Position numbers and translations under genes: made by a program. The notes below the pieces were generated by a model that saw only the letters and a program-made list of their open reading frames with translations, did no database searches and was not told the DNA's origin. Positions 12,008 to 22,701 of a stretch of DNA of 64,000 nt are shown here, piece by piece; the first letter of the stretch is position 1; each line of letters opens with the position of its first letter. This stretch comes from Macrostomum lignano (taxonomy: Eukaryota): assembly GCA_002269645.1 (NCBI GenBank), contig NIVC01000200.1, positions 644,543 through 708,542 of the forward strand. The letters are read 5' to 3'.

Positions 12008-12647
12008 TACTCAGCAACAGTCAAATGTTCCACCCCACTAAGCGAGATGATTTTTTCACATATTGCGAGTGACGCAACCTACGGCACGCGCAAAGCTTAT
12101 TGCCGCTTGGGGTTGGCTTGGGTCTGCTTAATGGTCCAGGCCTGGACATTAAGCAGACCCAAGCCCAGGAACAACGCCCCGCCACACCAAGCCGATGCTG
12201 GTAGTCAACTGAAGGAACAGCTACAGCTGCGCACTCTGCGCTGGCCTTCCCGGTCCCCAGACATGGATCCCATCGAGCATGCCTGGGACATCCTAAAACG
12301 TAGCATTCGAAAAGAGAATCCACCATAGAATGTTGCGGAGAGCTCTGCGTCATGCCATTGAAAACGCTTTGGAGCAGCTCCCTCGGGACTTTCTGCGCTG
12401 CCTCATCCTTGAGATGCCCCGCAGAGTCGTCGCACTTCTGCGTGCGAGGGGATCCCACACGCATCGCGATCCTAACTGAATATTGCTTAAAAAATTATGA
12501 TTTTGTGCGACTGACGTCAACTATAAGTATTGATATTCAAGCAACTTTCCCTTCTTCGCGGCGGCTTAGTTGAGTAACTTGAGGGTTGAATTGTGAGTGT
12601 TAAGTTTTCGCAATTTGGAGGGTGGAACTTTTGCCTGTTGCTGAGTA
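12008..12647 (+). mobile_element. Second internally deleted Tc1 element (related subfamily)
   Basis: ~29-bp TIRs starting TACTCAGCAACAG, TA TSDs, and the remnant NAPPH...WPSRSPDMDPIEHAWDILKR followed by a stop. Confidence 0.85.
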
Positions 12648-12825
12648 TAGGTTTTCGGAGACACAAAGCGTAGGAATTGTGAAAGAAGCTGATTGTGATT
12701 TTCTGAGATATCTGAAACCCTGAAAACCCTGCAGACCCTGCAGACCCTGCAGAGAAACCCTGCTACCTGCACATCCACTCCGATTGTGTTATGTTTGCCA
12801 GTCCAATATAGGAATGCATTATTAA

Positions 12826-13266
12826 CAGTAGAACTTCCAAGAAAGGGGGAAAAATCCCCATCCCTCCTCCTGACAAGTTTTTTGCTGCGCCGGAACGGAG
12901 CAACGCAGGCACAAAAAATTCAAGAACACGGGTAAACCTTTTGTTGCGCTCCTTCTTAAGCAAGAATCAAGTCGCCAGCCCTCCAGACCGTCGAGATATT
13001 CGACGATTCTGCCAGAAGGTCGGATTTTTCCCATAAGCGCTAGTGTAATCAGTACACCCCTGTGCGCCAATCAGCTCTGCGCCTCAGTGCCGCCTTGCCA
13101 AGCCTCCAAATTTCATCAACACGTCGACCACATGTGTCTGCATCAGCTCTGACTTCATTGGTCACTGGCCTTTACCCAGGCGGAGCTTCTGGACCTTCAA
13201 CAGGTGGCGCAAGGTGACTATGAGCACCCTGATGCGGATTTCTCTAGCTTCGCCAATCAAGCCTCC
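12826..13266 (-). repeat. ~440-bp inverted duplicate of 18615-19072, outer end abutting TTAA
   Basis: ORFs 12822..13070(-) and 18808..19092(+) share their first ~60 codons. Both outer ends read TTAA-CAGTAG inward. Confidence 0.8.
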
Positions 13267-13666
13267 ACAGTGGGCAAGCCTCGATTGCTGAACATCCTCA
13301 GCTAGTCTCTCGAGCATTCCGTCATCACCCCGACGCTGTCGGCACCTTCAATAGGTGGCACCAGGTGAGTAAAGACACCCGAGTGTGATTTTTCATCATG
13401 CTCTTAACATTTCTGGAGCTCTTAAAATTATTTTAAGCACGGGCATTGCTAAAGTTAAGCTTGAACTTATGTTGCTGTATATTTTTAGTATTATTACACA
13501 TACTTTTATACATACAAATTTATTTGACAATCTTTTTAGTTTATTCAACTATAATATTAAACCCAATTTTCAGGCAGAAAGGGTTAGCTATGCTTTTAAA
13601 AATACAAACCTATTGAATTTACTGTCACTTAGATGGAATTTAAGATCAAGTAAAGCTAACTACTAT

Positions 13667-14009
13667 TGTCGCGACTTTCCTAGTCATTTCTTAGTTCACC
13701 TTCACTTGTCTCTGTTTACTCTGTTTTCTCTCTCTCTCTCTCTGTCTAGCTCAATCTTGTTATTCTTATCTCTCTCTCTCTCCCTTGCTGCCTTCTGATT
13801 GGTTCTCCATTCTCGCCTCTCTTTTTAGTCGCGCACTCCACCCCTCTCTTTATTATCTGCAATTCAAACCCCCTAAGTTAATGTCTGGTATAAATATACT
13901 TGTTTGGGCCCTGCGCCCACTTACTGGCTTATCTTAGATTCAATTTAACTCCAAGTAACTCTCTAGTCTTTAGTTTAGTATTTTTTCTATATGGCGCCCA
14001 ATGTGGGGC
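13667..14009 (+). mobile_element. Probable orphan 5' LTR followed by a tRNA-Lys primer-binding site
   Basis: TGGCGCCCAATGTGGGGC at 13992-14009 matches 17/18 of the complement of the tRNA-Lys(CUU) 3' end including CCA. Upstream is a TGT-initiated CT-rich segment with TATAAATA at ~13889. The LTR 3' end lacks the canonical CA and no internal ORF follows. Confidence 0.55.
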
Positions 14010-14764
14010 TTTAGTCTTTAGTCTTTAGTCTATAGTCTTTAGTTTAGTATTTTTTCTATAACTATAGTATTATAATAAAAAAACAAACAAAAATTAGCGT
14101 AAAAGCATGATAGCTACTACTGTACACTCGCAAGAAATCCTAGAACAATCGCAACGTTTTTAATCATCTTCAAATATCCTTCAATTTTCTGATGAAACAA
14201 CATGCACAACAAATTCATCGGTGCATCAACAGCCCTGCCACCAGTGATTTTTCGAAGATGTTGGTAATTTCTGCTGGCCATGTGTACCTTCAAGCTCATA
14301 TCGGTGATCAGCGCATGTATCTAGCCCAAATTCGGCAGGCCTCATGGCGAGCTTCTTTTCTTTTGGTGTCCTTGTAGATGGAACAAGATGCAATAAACTT
14401 TTTTGTGTCATTCGTTGTTGCGCCATTCCGCCGCAGAAAATCTTTAAAATTCTCAATGTCGGAAGACATTTTACGCACCTCTTCAGTGTTGAAGCTGTTG
14501 ACTATAGAAACCTAATTCGCGGAATGTCGTCTGTGATATAAATGTACGAGTTTTGGATGGCAAGTGGTGTGTAAACAACATTTTCACATACATACGATAC
14601 CCGTAGGAACTGGGGCTAGACAGCAGGCAGAATGCAGGGTGGGTAATGGCTGTCTGTCTGCCGGGCAGCAGCCAATCACGGTCTGCCGCCAGTGAGGGGA
14701 GGGAGGGGCTCTAGAGGCACAATGGGGGAGGCAGAGCGCCAGCCACGCAAGGGTGGGTCTAAAC

Positions 14765-17700
14765 CACAGACCAAGAAGTAAGACTAGACTGCGCATGGAG
14801 AGTACAAAGTGTGCCTCTTTCCCAGTTATAAAAATGGCACCCAGCCAACCCCCCCTCCGCAGTCGATATAGTGGGTAGAGAATTTCCCTTCCTAAACTGC
14901 ACTTTCACTGGTTTGCTTTTCGGTTCCTACAGGGCACAACACCAACAAAAAATATTATCATAGCTTTTTAGACTCATTTGTAAATATTTTTCTAGAGATT
15001 CTTTCTAAACACTACGTCGTACTTTAATTTAATTAAAGCTTGTCTGTATAAAAACTTGCAAATCAAAATAATGAGTTCAACTTACCACAGGTATCCACTA
15101 GAATAGGCTAAACTACAGATTAAGAAATACCGCCGTTCGTAGAAGCTTTTGTCTCTTTCCTGATTTTCTTCTGGGACATGAAAGGTCTTTCGCCACCTTC
15201 TTCATTCGAACCCGCATGTAGAACAGCGCCATGATGCAAATCAGATGAAGCTTGTGGGATTCAATGCCAATGCTGGCAGCTGCGGAATGCAAGTCAAGTT
15301 CGGGAAATGCATCAACTGACATATGCGCAACGTCTCCTGGACAGCCAAATCGCTAGAAAATCCGCTGCTATAGTTTGAAAGTCGAATGATTGTTTCGGCA
15401 TGAAGCAAAACTTGCAAGAGATTGCTGCTTGGAAAAATCAACCCCCAGTCCCTTCTTTATTCAGCACATTTTTCATGGTGACAAGAGAGCAGGGCAACCG
15501 TGAAGCTGCTGACATTTCAGTGCTGGAAATGAGTGCTGATCTGCACGGGGCGCATTCAATTAATTTTAGCATACTACGGACCATTGCGCCTGCAATGTTA
15601 TACACAATCGACTGGCATACTTCGCATTTTGATGCATTCACACAATGTTGAATAGAATTAAGGCTTAAACCCAAACTGTTCTGAGCACTTATCTGCTTCC
15701 ATTGAGGTTTTCCTGCCTCTGTTGATTGTGACGAAGGCAGACAAGATAAATGACAACTGAATAGTGGCATCCGGTTGCTTAACATTGGGACTAGTCGATT
15801 AGAGAATTCCACCTCCAGCGTGCACTAGTAACTGTCTAAAGGCTGAGCGAAACTGTCTCGGAGTTTCTCGGATTGTGATTCCAGCCGTTTCGAAGTCTGA
15901 TGGCATTAAAAAATACCTCAAAAAAATAGTGCGACAACTTGTAAGTGCAAAGAAAGAAAAAAGCACAACTTGAAAACAAATACTTGGCAAGGGCCATAAC
16001 AGCCTCACAATTCACCATGAAGCCGAGAAAGCCTGTTTTTTGCAGTTTCAACAATTTTGCGTCCAGACAGATTTTCAAGACTTCCGAGAAGCTTAATCGA
16101 GTCAGTAAAGAAGTCAAAGTCCGACTGGTTGTCTAGCTCTTAGAGCCATTTTGGCCCCGTAATTTACTAGTCGCTTGGAGTTAAAGGCGTCGAACAAGTC
16201 ATTCATGTGCTCAATAAAATCTTCCGTCACAAGTACATCATGGTGCTCGAATCCGGCCAAAACTTGCTGATAATTGGAGATTAACTCTCAACTTAAATCT
16301 CAACTCAGCAAAACTTGCTGAGTTGCTGACTCCCTGCGGTGGTAATTAGCTGGGGGTGGTGGTAATAGACCTTCATCTTTAAATTGGCAGAGTTGATGTG
16401 ATGCCTGCTTAGTTTATTTCCCAGTTTGTGCCCGTGACTCTCCTGAACTTGCTGCAATAGTGAAACATATTTCTAATCAATATTCCCCCTATTCGGCCAA
16501 ACTATCGTGCCCATTGATTGCCACTGATTGCGAATCAGCTTCAACATATGAGGCGGATCGAGGAAGGCAGAAACCTGAATGCTTGGGTCACAAGGATGAG
16601 GGAACGTGGCGACAATTGAGTCCGGAGAACTAATTTTAGCCCCAAGAAGTTCAATAGCTCGAATGTTGTGCTGCGTTCCATCGCATGTGAACGATGTGGC
16701 GAAAACGCCAACCTGATAAAGCCTCTGAATTGATTCTTCTACAACTAGACAAAAATTCACCATCCACACCATTTACTAGAAAATAACCCAATGGCAACTT
16801 CCAACAGTTCTTCAGACCCACACCCATCACTACCAATGCCGACGTCGCCTCCTGATCACTTGCCTTGCCATCCCCTTTGTCAACATAGCCGAAGAACATG
16901 CCTTCATTCGAATTCCATTCAATCATTGATTCCAATGACATCTCATCGGCCACTACATTGCAGTAGTCAAAGGCTGTGCCATCGTCGGAGCTGCATCGAT
17001 GAGAAAGTTCTTGGAAAGCCTGATTGAAATCTTCCCTGTTTACATTACACAGTTGGCATGAAGGTCTGGCTGAGGAAGTCCGTCATTGATAGTCATGGCT
17101 TCCAAATCAGATTTCGTCTCGTTGCCTTCTTGAGGCGCCTGAAATATTTCAAAATCAACTTCTCGAGTGACCGCACCTGCTGTGATTGTCTTTCTCTTCT
17201 TCTCAGCTGGCTGCAGATGTTCTGGAAACGCAGGAAAGATCGAAGGAACAGCGTACACTGTCTCCTGGCGTTGGGCAAGAAGCCTTCAAACTGCTCTTTG
17301 AAACAAGACTCAGAAAAGTGTTCTGAGCAGTCTTTTGAACTTTTTGACGGTTTGAAGTCTTTTCGCCTCAGTGCTGCGACCCACTTCTTCTTCGTCTCAT
17401 CGTCCTTGGGGAAAGGAATGGAAGGAGACTCGACCGGAAGTGGAAGCTGCGCTATTCGTGCAACCAAAAGCACTGCAATAGCTGCCACATTTTTGAGTCT
17501 TCGACGGCTTGGAGGAATTAACTTCTTCCATCGCTTGATACAAAGTTGCTTAAATGAAATCGGTTTGATTCTAGTAGGTAGGTAAACTTTGTGTTGTTTT
17601 AGCACTGAGAGAATGGCTTATTTGAACGCATATAAAAGGTGAATTAGAAACCCCAGGACCAGTAAAATGCTCTGTACCCACTATCCTGTTCCCCTTCACC

Positions 17701-17820
17701 TTCACATACTATCGATTTTTTTCGGTGGGAGCAAGGGACCATTTTTTCACAGCGTTTTTGTCAAAAAAACGCCCAGGCAGGGAATGGGGCTTGCGCAGTC
17801 TAGATACTTACTGGTCTGTG
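14765..17820 (-). mobile_element. P-superfamily (THAP9-type) DNA transposon, 3056 bp
   Basis: 29-bp TIRs CACAGACCA(A/G)(G/T)AAGTA(A/T)CTAGACTGCGCA (26/29) and a perfect 8-bp TSD GTCTAAAC at 14757-14764 and 17821-17828. Confidence 0.93.
15113..17490 (-). pseudogene. THAP-domain P-element transposase, multiply frameshifted
   Basis: Across frames: SYCSAFGCTN, FPKD..KKWVAALRRKDFKPS..CSEHF (THAP), DEMSL, WKLPLGYF, TCDG, FLDPPHMLKLIRN and TYKLS..FF..IR..NGWNHNP. Confidence 0.88.
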
Positions 17821-17920
17821 GTCTAAACCCCAAAACCCGGCCTCACTTACTGGCCCAAAACTGACAAGAGTGAATTTTTTTCAGTTTCAGATATCAGACA
17901 AGCAGTTTTGCGCCAGATGC

Positions 17921-18610
17921 AATGGCGAGCTATAACGGAAGATACGCCAAAGGTTCTGACCCAACAGACGAATCAAGATCGACCAGTACCGATTCGAGTG
18001 ATTCGGAAGCTGACGCTGACGAGTTTCTGTCCGATGAGGAGTCGCCCAAAGTATATTTAATTCATGAGATCGCGCCCCTGCTAAACCATGAATTTAGCTA
18101 GCTATAGCACTCAACATCCGCACCCAAGGCAATGGCCGAGCGACTCTGTGCTGCGTTTGGAACCGCAGATCAATCCAAACTTTTCCTTCGACTCGCCAAC
18201 GGAATGCGTCCTATTCTTTTTGCCCAGAGATGCTGTTGAATAAATTGTCAGAGCGACAAATGAGACTGGCCATCGCAGACTTGGTAGTGACTTCGAAGAC
18301 TGTGATGTTGTTGAAATGGAAGGCTTCATTGGAGCACTACTTTATTTAGGAGCCCACAACATGCGTAACGCAAAGTGTACAGCCAATTTGGTCTGCCGAC
18401 TCCTGTCACCCGATTCACGCTTTTTTGGTGACAAGCTTCTCGAGAAACAGATTTTCGCAATTATGGAGTTGTCTCTCGTTTGAATGTCGCGCGAGCCGGA
18501 TTGCAAGGGCTGCCAGAGATCCCATCTACGCCATACGAGCTCTCTATAGCATTTTTCAAGAATGCCCGTCCTGCCTGGAGCCTACATCTGTATCGATGAA
18601 CAACTCTAAC
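17921..18610 (+). pseudogene. piggyBac transposase 5' remnant
   Basis: Acidic N-terminus, then FFLP..VE*IVRATN, MEGFIGALLYLG, SFSRNRFSQLWSCLSF, and PGAYICIDEQL (first catalytic Asp motif). Contains stops and frameshifts and is truncated right after DEQL. Confidence 0.8.
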
Positions 18611-19437
18611 GCCGAGGCTTAATCGGCGAAACTAGAGAAATTCGTTCAGGGTGCTCTTAGTCACCTTGCGCCACCTGTTGAAGGTCCAGAAGCTCCGCCT
18701 GGGTAAAGGCCAGTGACCAATGAAGTCAGAGCTGATGCAGACACATGTGGTCGACGTGTAGATGAAATTTGGAGGCTTGGCAAGGCGGCACTGAGGCGCA
18801 GGGCTGATTGGCGCACAGGGGTGTACTGATTACACTAGCGCTTATGGGAAAAATCCGACCTTCTGGCAGAATCGTCGAATATCTCGACGGTCTGGAGGGC
18901 TGGCGACTTGATTCTTGCTTAAGAAGGAGCGCAACAAAAGGTTTACCCGTGTTCTTGAATTCCGTGTGCCTGCGTTGCTCCGTTCCGGCGCAGCAAAAAA
19001 ATTGTCAGGGGGGGGGGGAAATTCCCCCTCTTGGTAGTTCGAGGGCGGAAAAATGGCTTGGCATTCCTACTGTTAAAGCTAGCTTTTATTGACTGTAGTG
19101 ATGGCTATAGCTAAGTAATAAAAATACCGGTATTTCGTTGGTAGAGTCCACGAGCCGCTTGCAAATACTAATTAATTAGCTGATTGCGGGAGAGGGAGAC
19201 CGTTACAAAGCTAAATAAAGTTGATTAAGTCAGATGATTGAGAGTCAATATAGTATCTGCAGAAAAAGGGATCAGGTAATATGGACTCTGGACTAATCAA
19301 GTCAATACACAACCCGGTTATAAAGCAGTATTTGGTTAGCCCGCAGTTGCTAACTTTTTTGTCAGTTTGACTTTCTAGCAACTGCAGCGAAGTTCACTAT
19401 CACGCAAAGCTTAACAAAGACTACACAAGTTTTGAGC

Positions 19438-21354
19438 ATGCACGATACAGTGGATGAGCTGGTCACCGATGCGGACTTTGAGACCATGGAGCTGCTGTGC
19501 GACAGCAATCTCGACCAGTTCCTGGCCGCTTTGAAGCGTCGACCCGTTGAGTTGCTTCGCCTTCGGCACAACGACTGTCGGTTCTGCTGCGACAGCGACC
19601 GCCGCGACGATGATGCAGTTCCGGACGGTGAGCTCGATGACAAACACTTCAAGATGTCGCCATTTGGTCTCATTCTGCTATCGAGAGACGACAAGTTGGT
19701 CAGCGAGACAATCGACCTCATCGTCAGTCTCGACTTGTGGGACACCGCTAGATGCGCCTTGTTCCAACTGGTTGACTTCTGCTGTTCCAGTCTGGCCTGT
19801 TCCACTGACGAGATGCAGCTGGCCAGATTCTTTGTCCGCCTCTCTCGTCGGCATGGAGACTCGTGTACTCGACTGCTCACTGTAGAAATGACCGACGAAT
19901 GCTTGACAGTTCTTGAGTACGCTGCTGCCAGAGACTGCTTTCATCTGGCCGCTGCGTTCGCCAACGCTCCCGGCTACCTACTCAAAGAACGGAGGCATCC
20001 AACGGATCCGAGCCTGACTATCCAGGAGTTCGACCTCTCCTGCTACTGCAGCGACGGCGGTGACCGATTCCTAAAATCTCCGTTCCAGCATCTGACCAGG
20101 CTCGGACAAGTCATTCTGAGTGAGAACATTCCCAGTGGCTATGTTTGCTTTTACAATAGTCCGGCAACACAGGCCTACTTCACCAGCATTTTGCACCTGA
20201 AAAAGAGTCAAGCAATGTCTTTAGTGACACTGTTCTATTATTTGTTTCTGTACACGACAGAGCTGTTGACACTTATGGTTCGGATATTCACGAGGGACAC
20301 GTTCGACTCCAATGTGCAGGTGTTCCTTGCTGGTACAGACAATTCCAATCAGTCTTATCTTCAGCTCATTCCAGCCTCTGTCGTATCCGGGTTCAGGCCC
20401 GTCTTGTACCTGCGAATTGTTCTTCAGGCATGGTTTTTACTATTCCTACCCTGTTGGATAGTTACCAGAGTGACGGACTTTCGAAGCCAGCTTAAGTTGG
20501 TGCGCAAGCGTCACACTGGACTGCAATTGTGTAAAGATGCTCTGGCAATGAGAGGGATAAGGTTAACAGAACTGTCTTTGATTGTTTTCCTTTTCCAACA
20601 GATTTTGTCAATTGCCTTGGAGCAGAGCTTCTTTAACGATCCTGCGAGCTACTATGAACTCGACGGTCGTCTGATTGTGGATCCAACTCGTCTGCAGACC
20701 ATCATTGTGTGCAACATCTTGTTTTCGTTTCTCATGCTGTATTTCTTCATGTGCGAAATGAGTTCATTTCATCAGGTGTTTTTCAAGCTTGCCTTCTGCA
20801 TGAGCGCAACAATAAAGGTAACGATGATCGTAATGCTCCCGGTGTCAATGGTTTCCGTTACAATGATTTTTAGCCAACCTTTCATCGAATGCTCGTTTTA
20901 CTCGTGGGCTTGCGTCGTGGAGTACATTGGCCGTACGTTTCGCTGCGCATTCAGCCTCGCCAGCTTTCCTGGCGTGAGCGACTACATCTCGTTGCTGCCT
21001 CTAGTGGGCACGTTTCTTCTAGTAGCAGTCTTTGTGTTAAACTTTGGCGTAGCTCTACTGACCCAACAGATCGACTTGCTGCAGAAGAATTTCGAATTTC
21101 GTCAGACCATTTTAAACTTTTATTGGCCAAGTCAGACAGCGCTGGTTCGAAGTCGGTTCTTCAAAGTCTTCAAGAAGCATCGCCCATTGGTGATAATGCG
21201 GCGCACCCTGTCTCGACTCTGCTCGAATTGCAAGCCGAATAATAACAACGGAAACAACAACTGCAACTGCAGTATTAGCAGTGAAGACGCCGATTGTGCC
21301 TGCGTGCCGAATTGTCTGCGGCACACGTTTAGAAAGGTTTCCACTGCAGGGTGA
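19438..21354 (+). CDS. Intronless divergent TRP channel (TRPV-like), ~638 aa, intact copy 2
   Basis: Long ORF with ankyrin-like segments (TVLEYAAARDCFHLAAAF), a TIQEFDLS pre-S1 strand and six hydrophobic helices. A pore-helix-like segment (YIGRTFRCAFSLASF) precedes an S6 VFVLNFGVALLT resembling TRP LNLLIAMM. Subfamily assignment is inference. Confidence 0.72.
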   Translation: MHDTVDELVTDADFETMELLCDSNLDQFLAALKRRPVELLRLRHNDCRFCCDSDRRDDDAVPDGELDDKHFKMSPFGLILLSRDDKLVSETIDLIVSLDLWDTARCALFQLVDFCCSSLACSTDEMQLARFFVRLSRRHGDSCTRLLTVEMTDECLTVLEYAAARDCFHLAAAFANAPGYLLKERRHPTDPSLTIQEFDLSCYCSDGGDRFLKSPFQHLTRLGQVILSENIPSGYVCFYNSPATQAYFTSILHLKKSQAMSLVTLFYYLFLYTTELLTLMVRIFTRDTFDSNVQVFLAGTDNSNQSYLQLIPASVVSGFRPVLYLRIVLQAWFLLFLPCWIVTRVTDFRSQLKLVRKRHTGLQLCKDALAMRGIRLTELSLIVFLFQQILSIALEQSFFNDPASYYELDGRLIVDPTRLQTIIVCNILFSFLMLYFFMCEMSSFHQVFFKLAFCMSATIKVTMIVMLPVSMVSVTMIFSQPFIECSFYSWACVVEYIGRTFRCAFSLASFPGVSDYISLLPLVGTFLLVAVFVLNFGVALLTQQIDLLQKNFEFRQTILNFYWPSQTALVRSRFFKVFKKHRPLVIMRRTLSRLCSNCKPNNNNGNNNCNCSISSEDADCACVPNCLRHTFRKVSTAG

Positions 21355-22701
21355 ATGTGCAGACTTTTCTTCATGTGCAGATCAAGAATCATGAGGACAC
21401 AGTACAGGAATTAAGGGTTTGCTTCTGACAAAAAAAATTAAATAAAAATTGATTGAATATTTTCATCTGCACCTTCTGGAGACCGTAGAGCTTCATTCCT
21501 ATTTTAATTGGAACGGAGCCTACATTGTCTGGGCAACCAATCCCCATATTCTTCCTCAATTTTCCTTACTTTTGCACGCGATCCTCTCGAGATATTTCTT
21601 TTTTTAGTTACAGTACAGTGACGCTAAGGCACCGGTGTCCAATCGAAGAGAGGTGTCATGGCAACGACCTTGGAGTGCGTCACGTGACCGACTTTGGGAT
21701 TCTACATGTTTATAAACTGTTGACATTTTGAATTCAAAGTCTTCAGCCATCTGGGTCCTTGCACTCCTGCTTTGGTTCTTACGCAAGCTAGCTAGCTACA
21801 ATGCACCGCTCGCGACTCTACTCTACTCCCGGGACCGTGCCGACGATCGACCCACCGGCGGAGACTTGCTGTCCTAACTCTGGACGATACCAGCTAGTTA
21901 CATCAAATATGACAGCGATACTTCTGGATTATCAGAGCCTACAGACTGCTCCGCCAGCATTCTGTCACTCCAGCATCCTGTCTGTGCTTATTTCTTAACA
22001 GCGATCGTTTTCGAACCTATTCGCACTTGCTTATTGCTAAAAGATTAGATCGAGTCTGCACTTATCCGTGTGTTTAAATTTTCTTATTCCAGCACGTTAA
22101 CTTCACGATATAATTACGCCGATTAACTTTATTAGGCTGCTTATTTTTCCTGACTGCATTACTTAATCTGTACATCTGTAGCTCTATCCTAACTTTTTTT
22201 AACCATGGATAACTGCAGTGAAGGACGCTTCGAGCTATAATATACATACGATTTAAGAGATCGCATAGCACTCAATGGGGTTTCGCCATAGACAAATTCT
22301 GTGGAGAAACTCGAGTGTCTGTCTCATTCTGCTTCTAAATTGGAAAATCTTCATTTAAACAAAATTAACGTTAAGTTAGACGAACGCAAATCGCTTTTTC
22401 AACCATTTATTAATGTTATTCAGCTTTGAGACAAATAAGTCGTGTATTTATTGATTTTGATGTTAGTATGGAAGGCAAGAGAGCTATGGGGTCGTACTCT
22501 GCAGGTTCAGTGAACGTACATTATTCTGTTATTTTTGCCTAAATCTTAGTAACTACTTCGTCAAAATAATATTTTATCGAGATGAATCTAAGCGTGTAGG
22601 TAATTATTTCGGATAATTATAATAGATGGATGCACACTAATCGCTACCCTCTGTCAGATGCTACATGTAAATTAGTCAAGTAACTTGTTAACATATTGTT
22701 A

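Noticed and set aside
14117-14560. Possible decayed coding sequence on the minus strand
   Set aside because: Short open stretches with several stops and no motif I can recognise.
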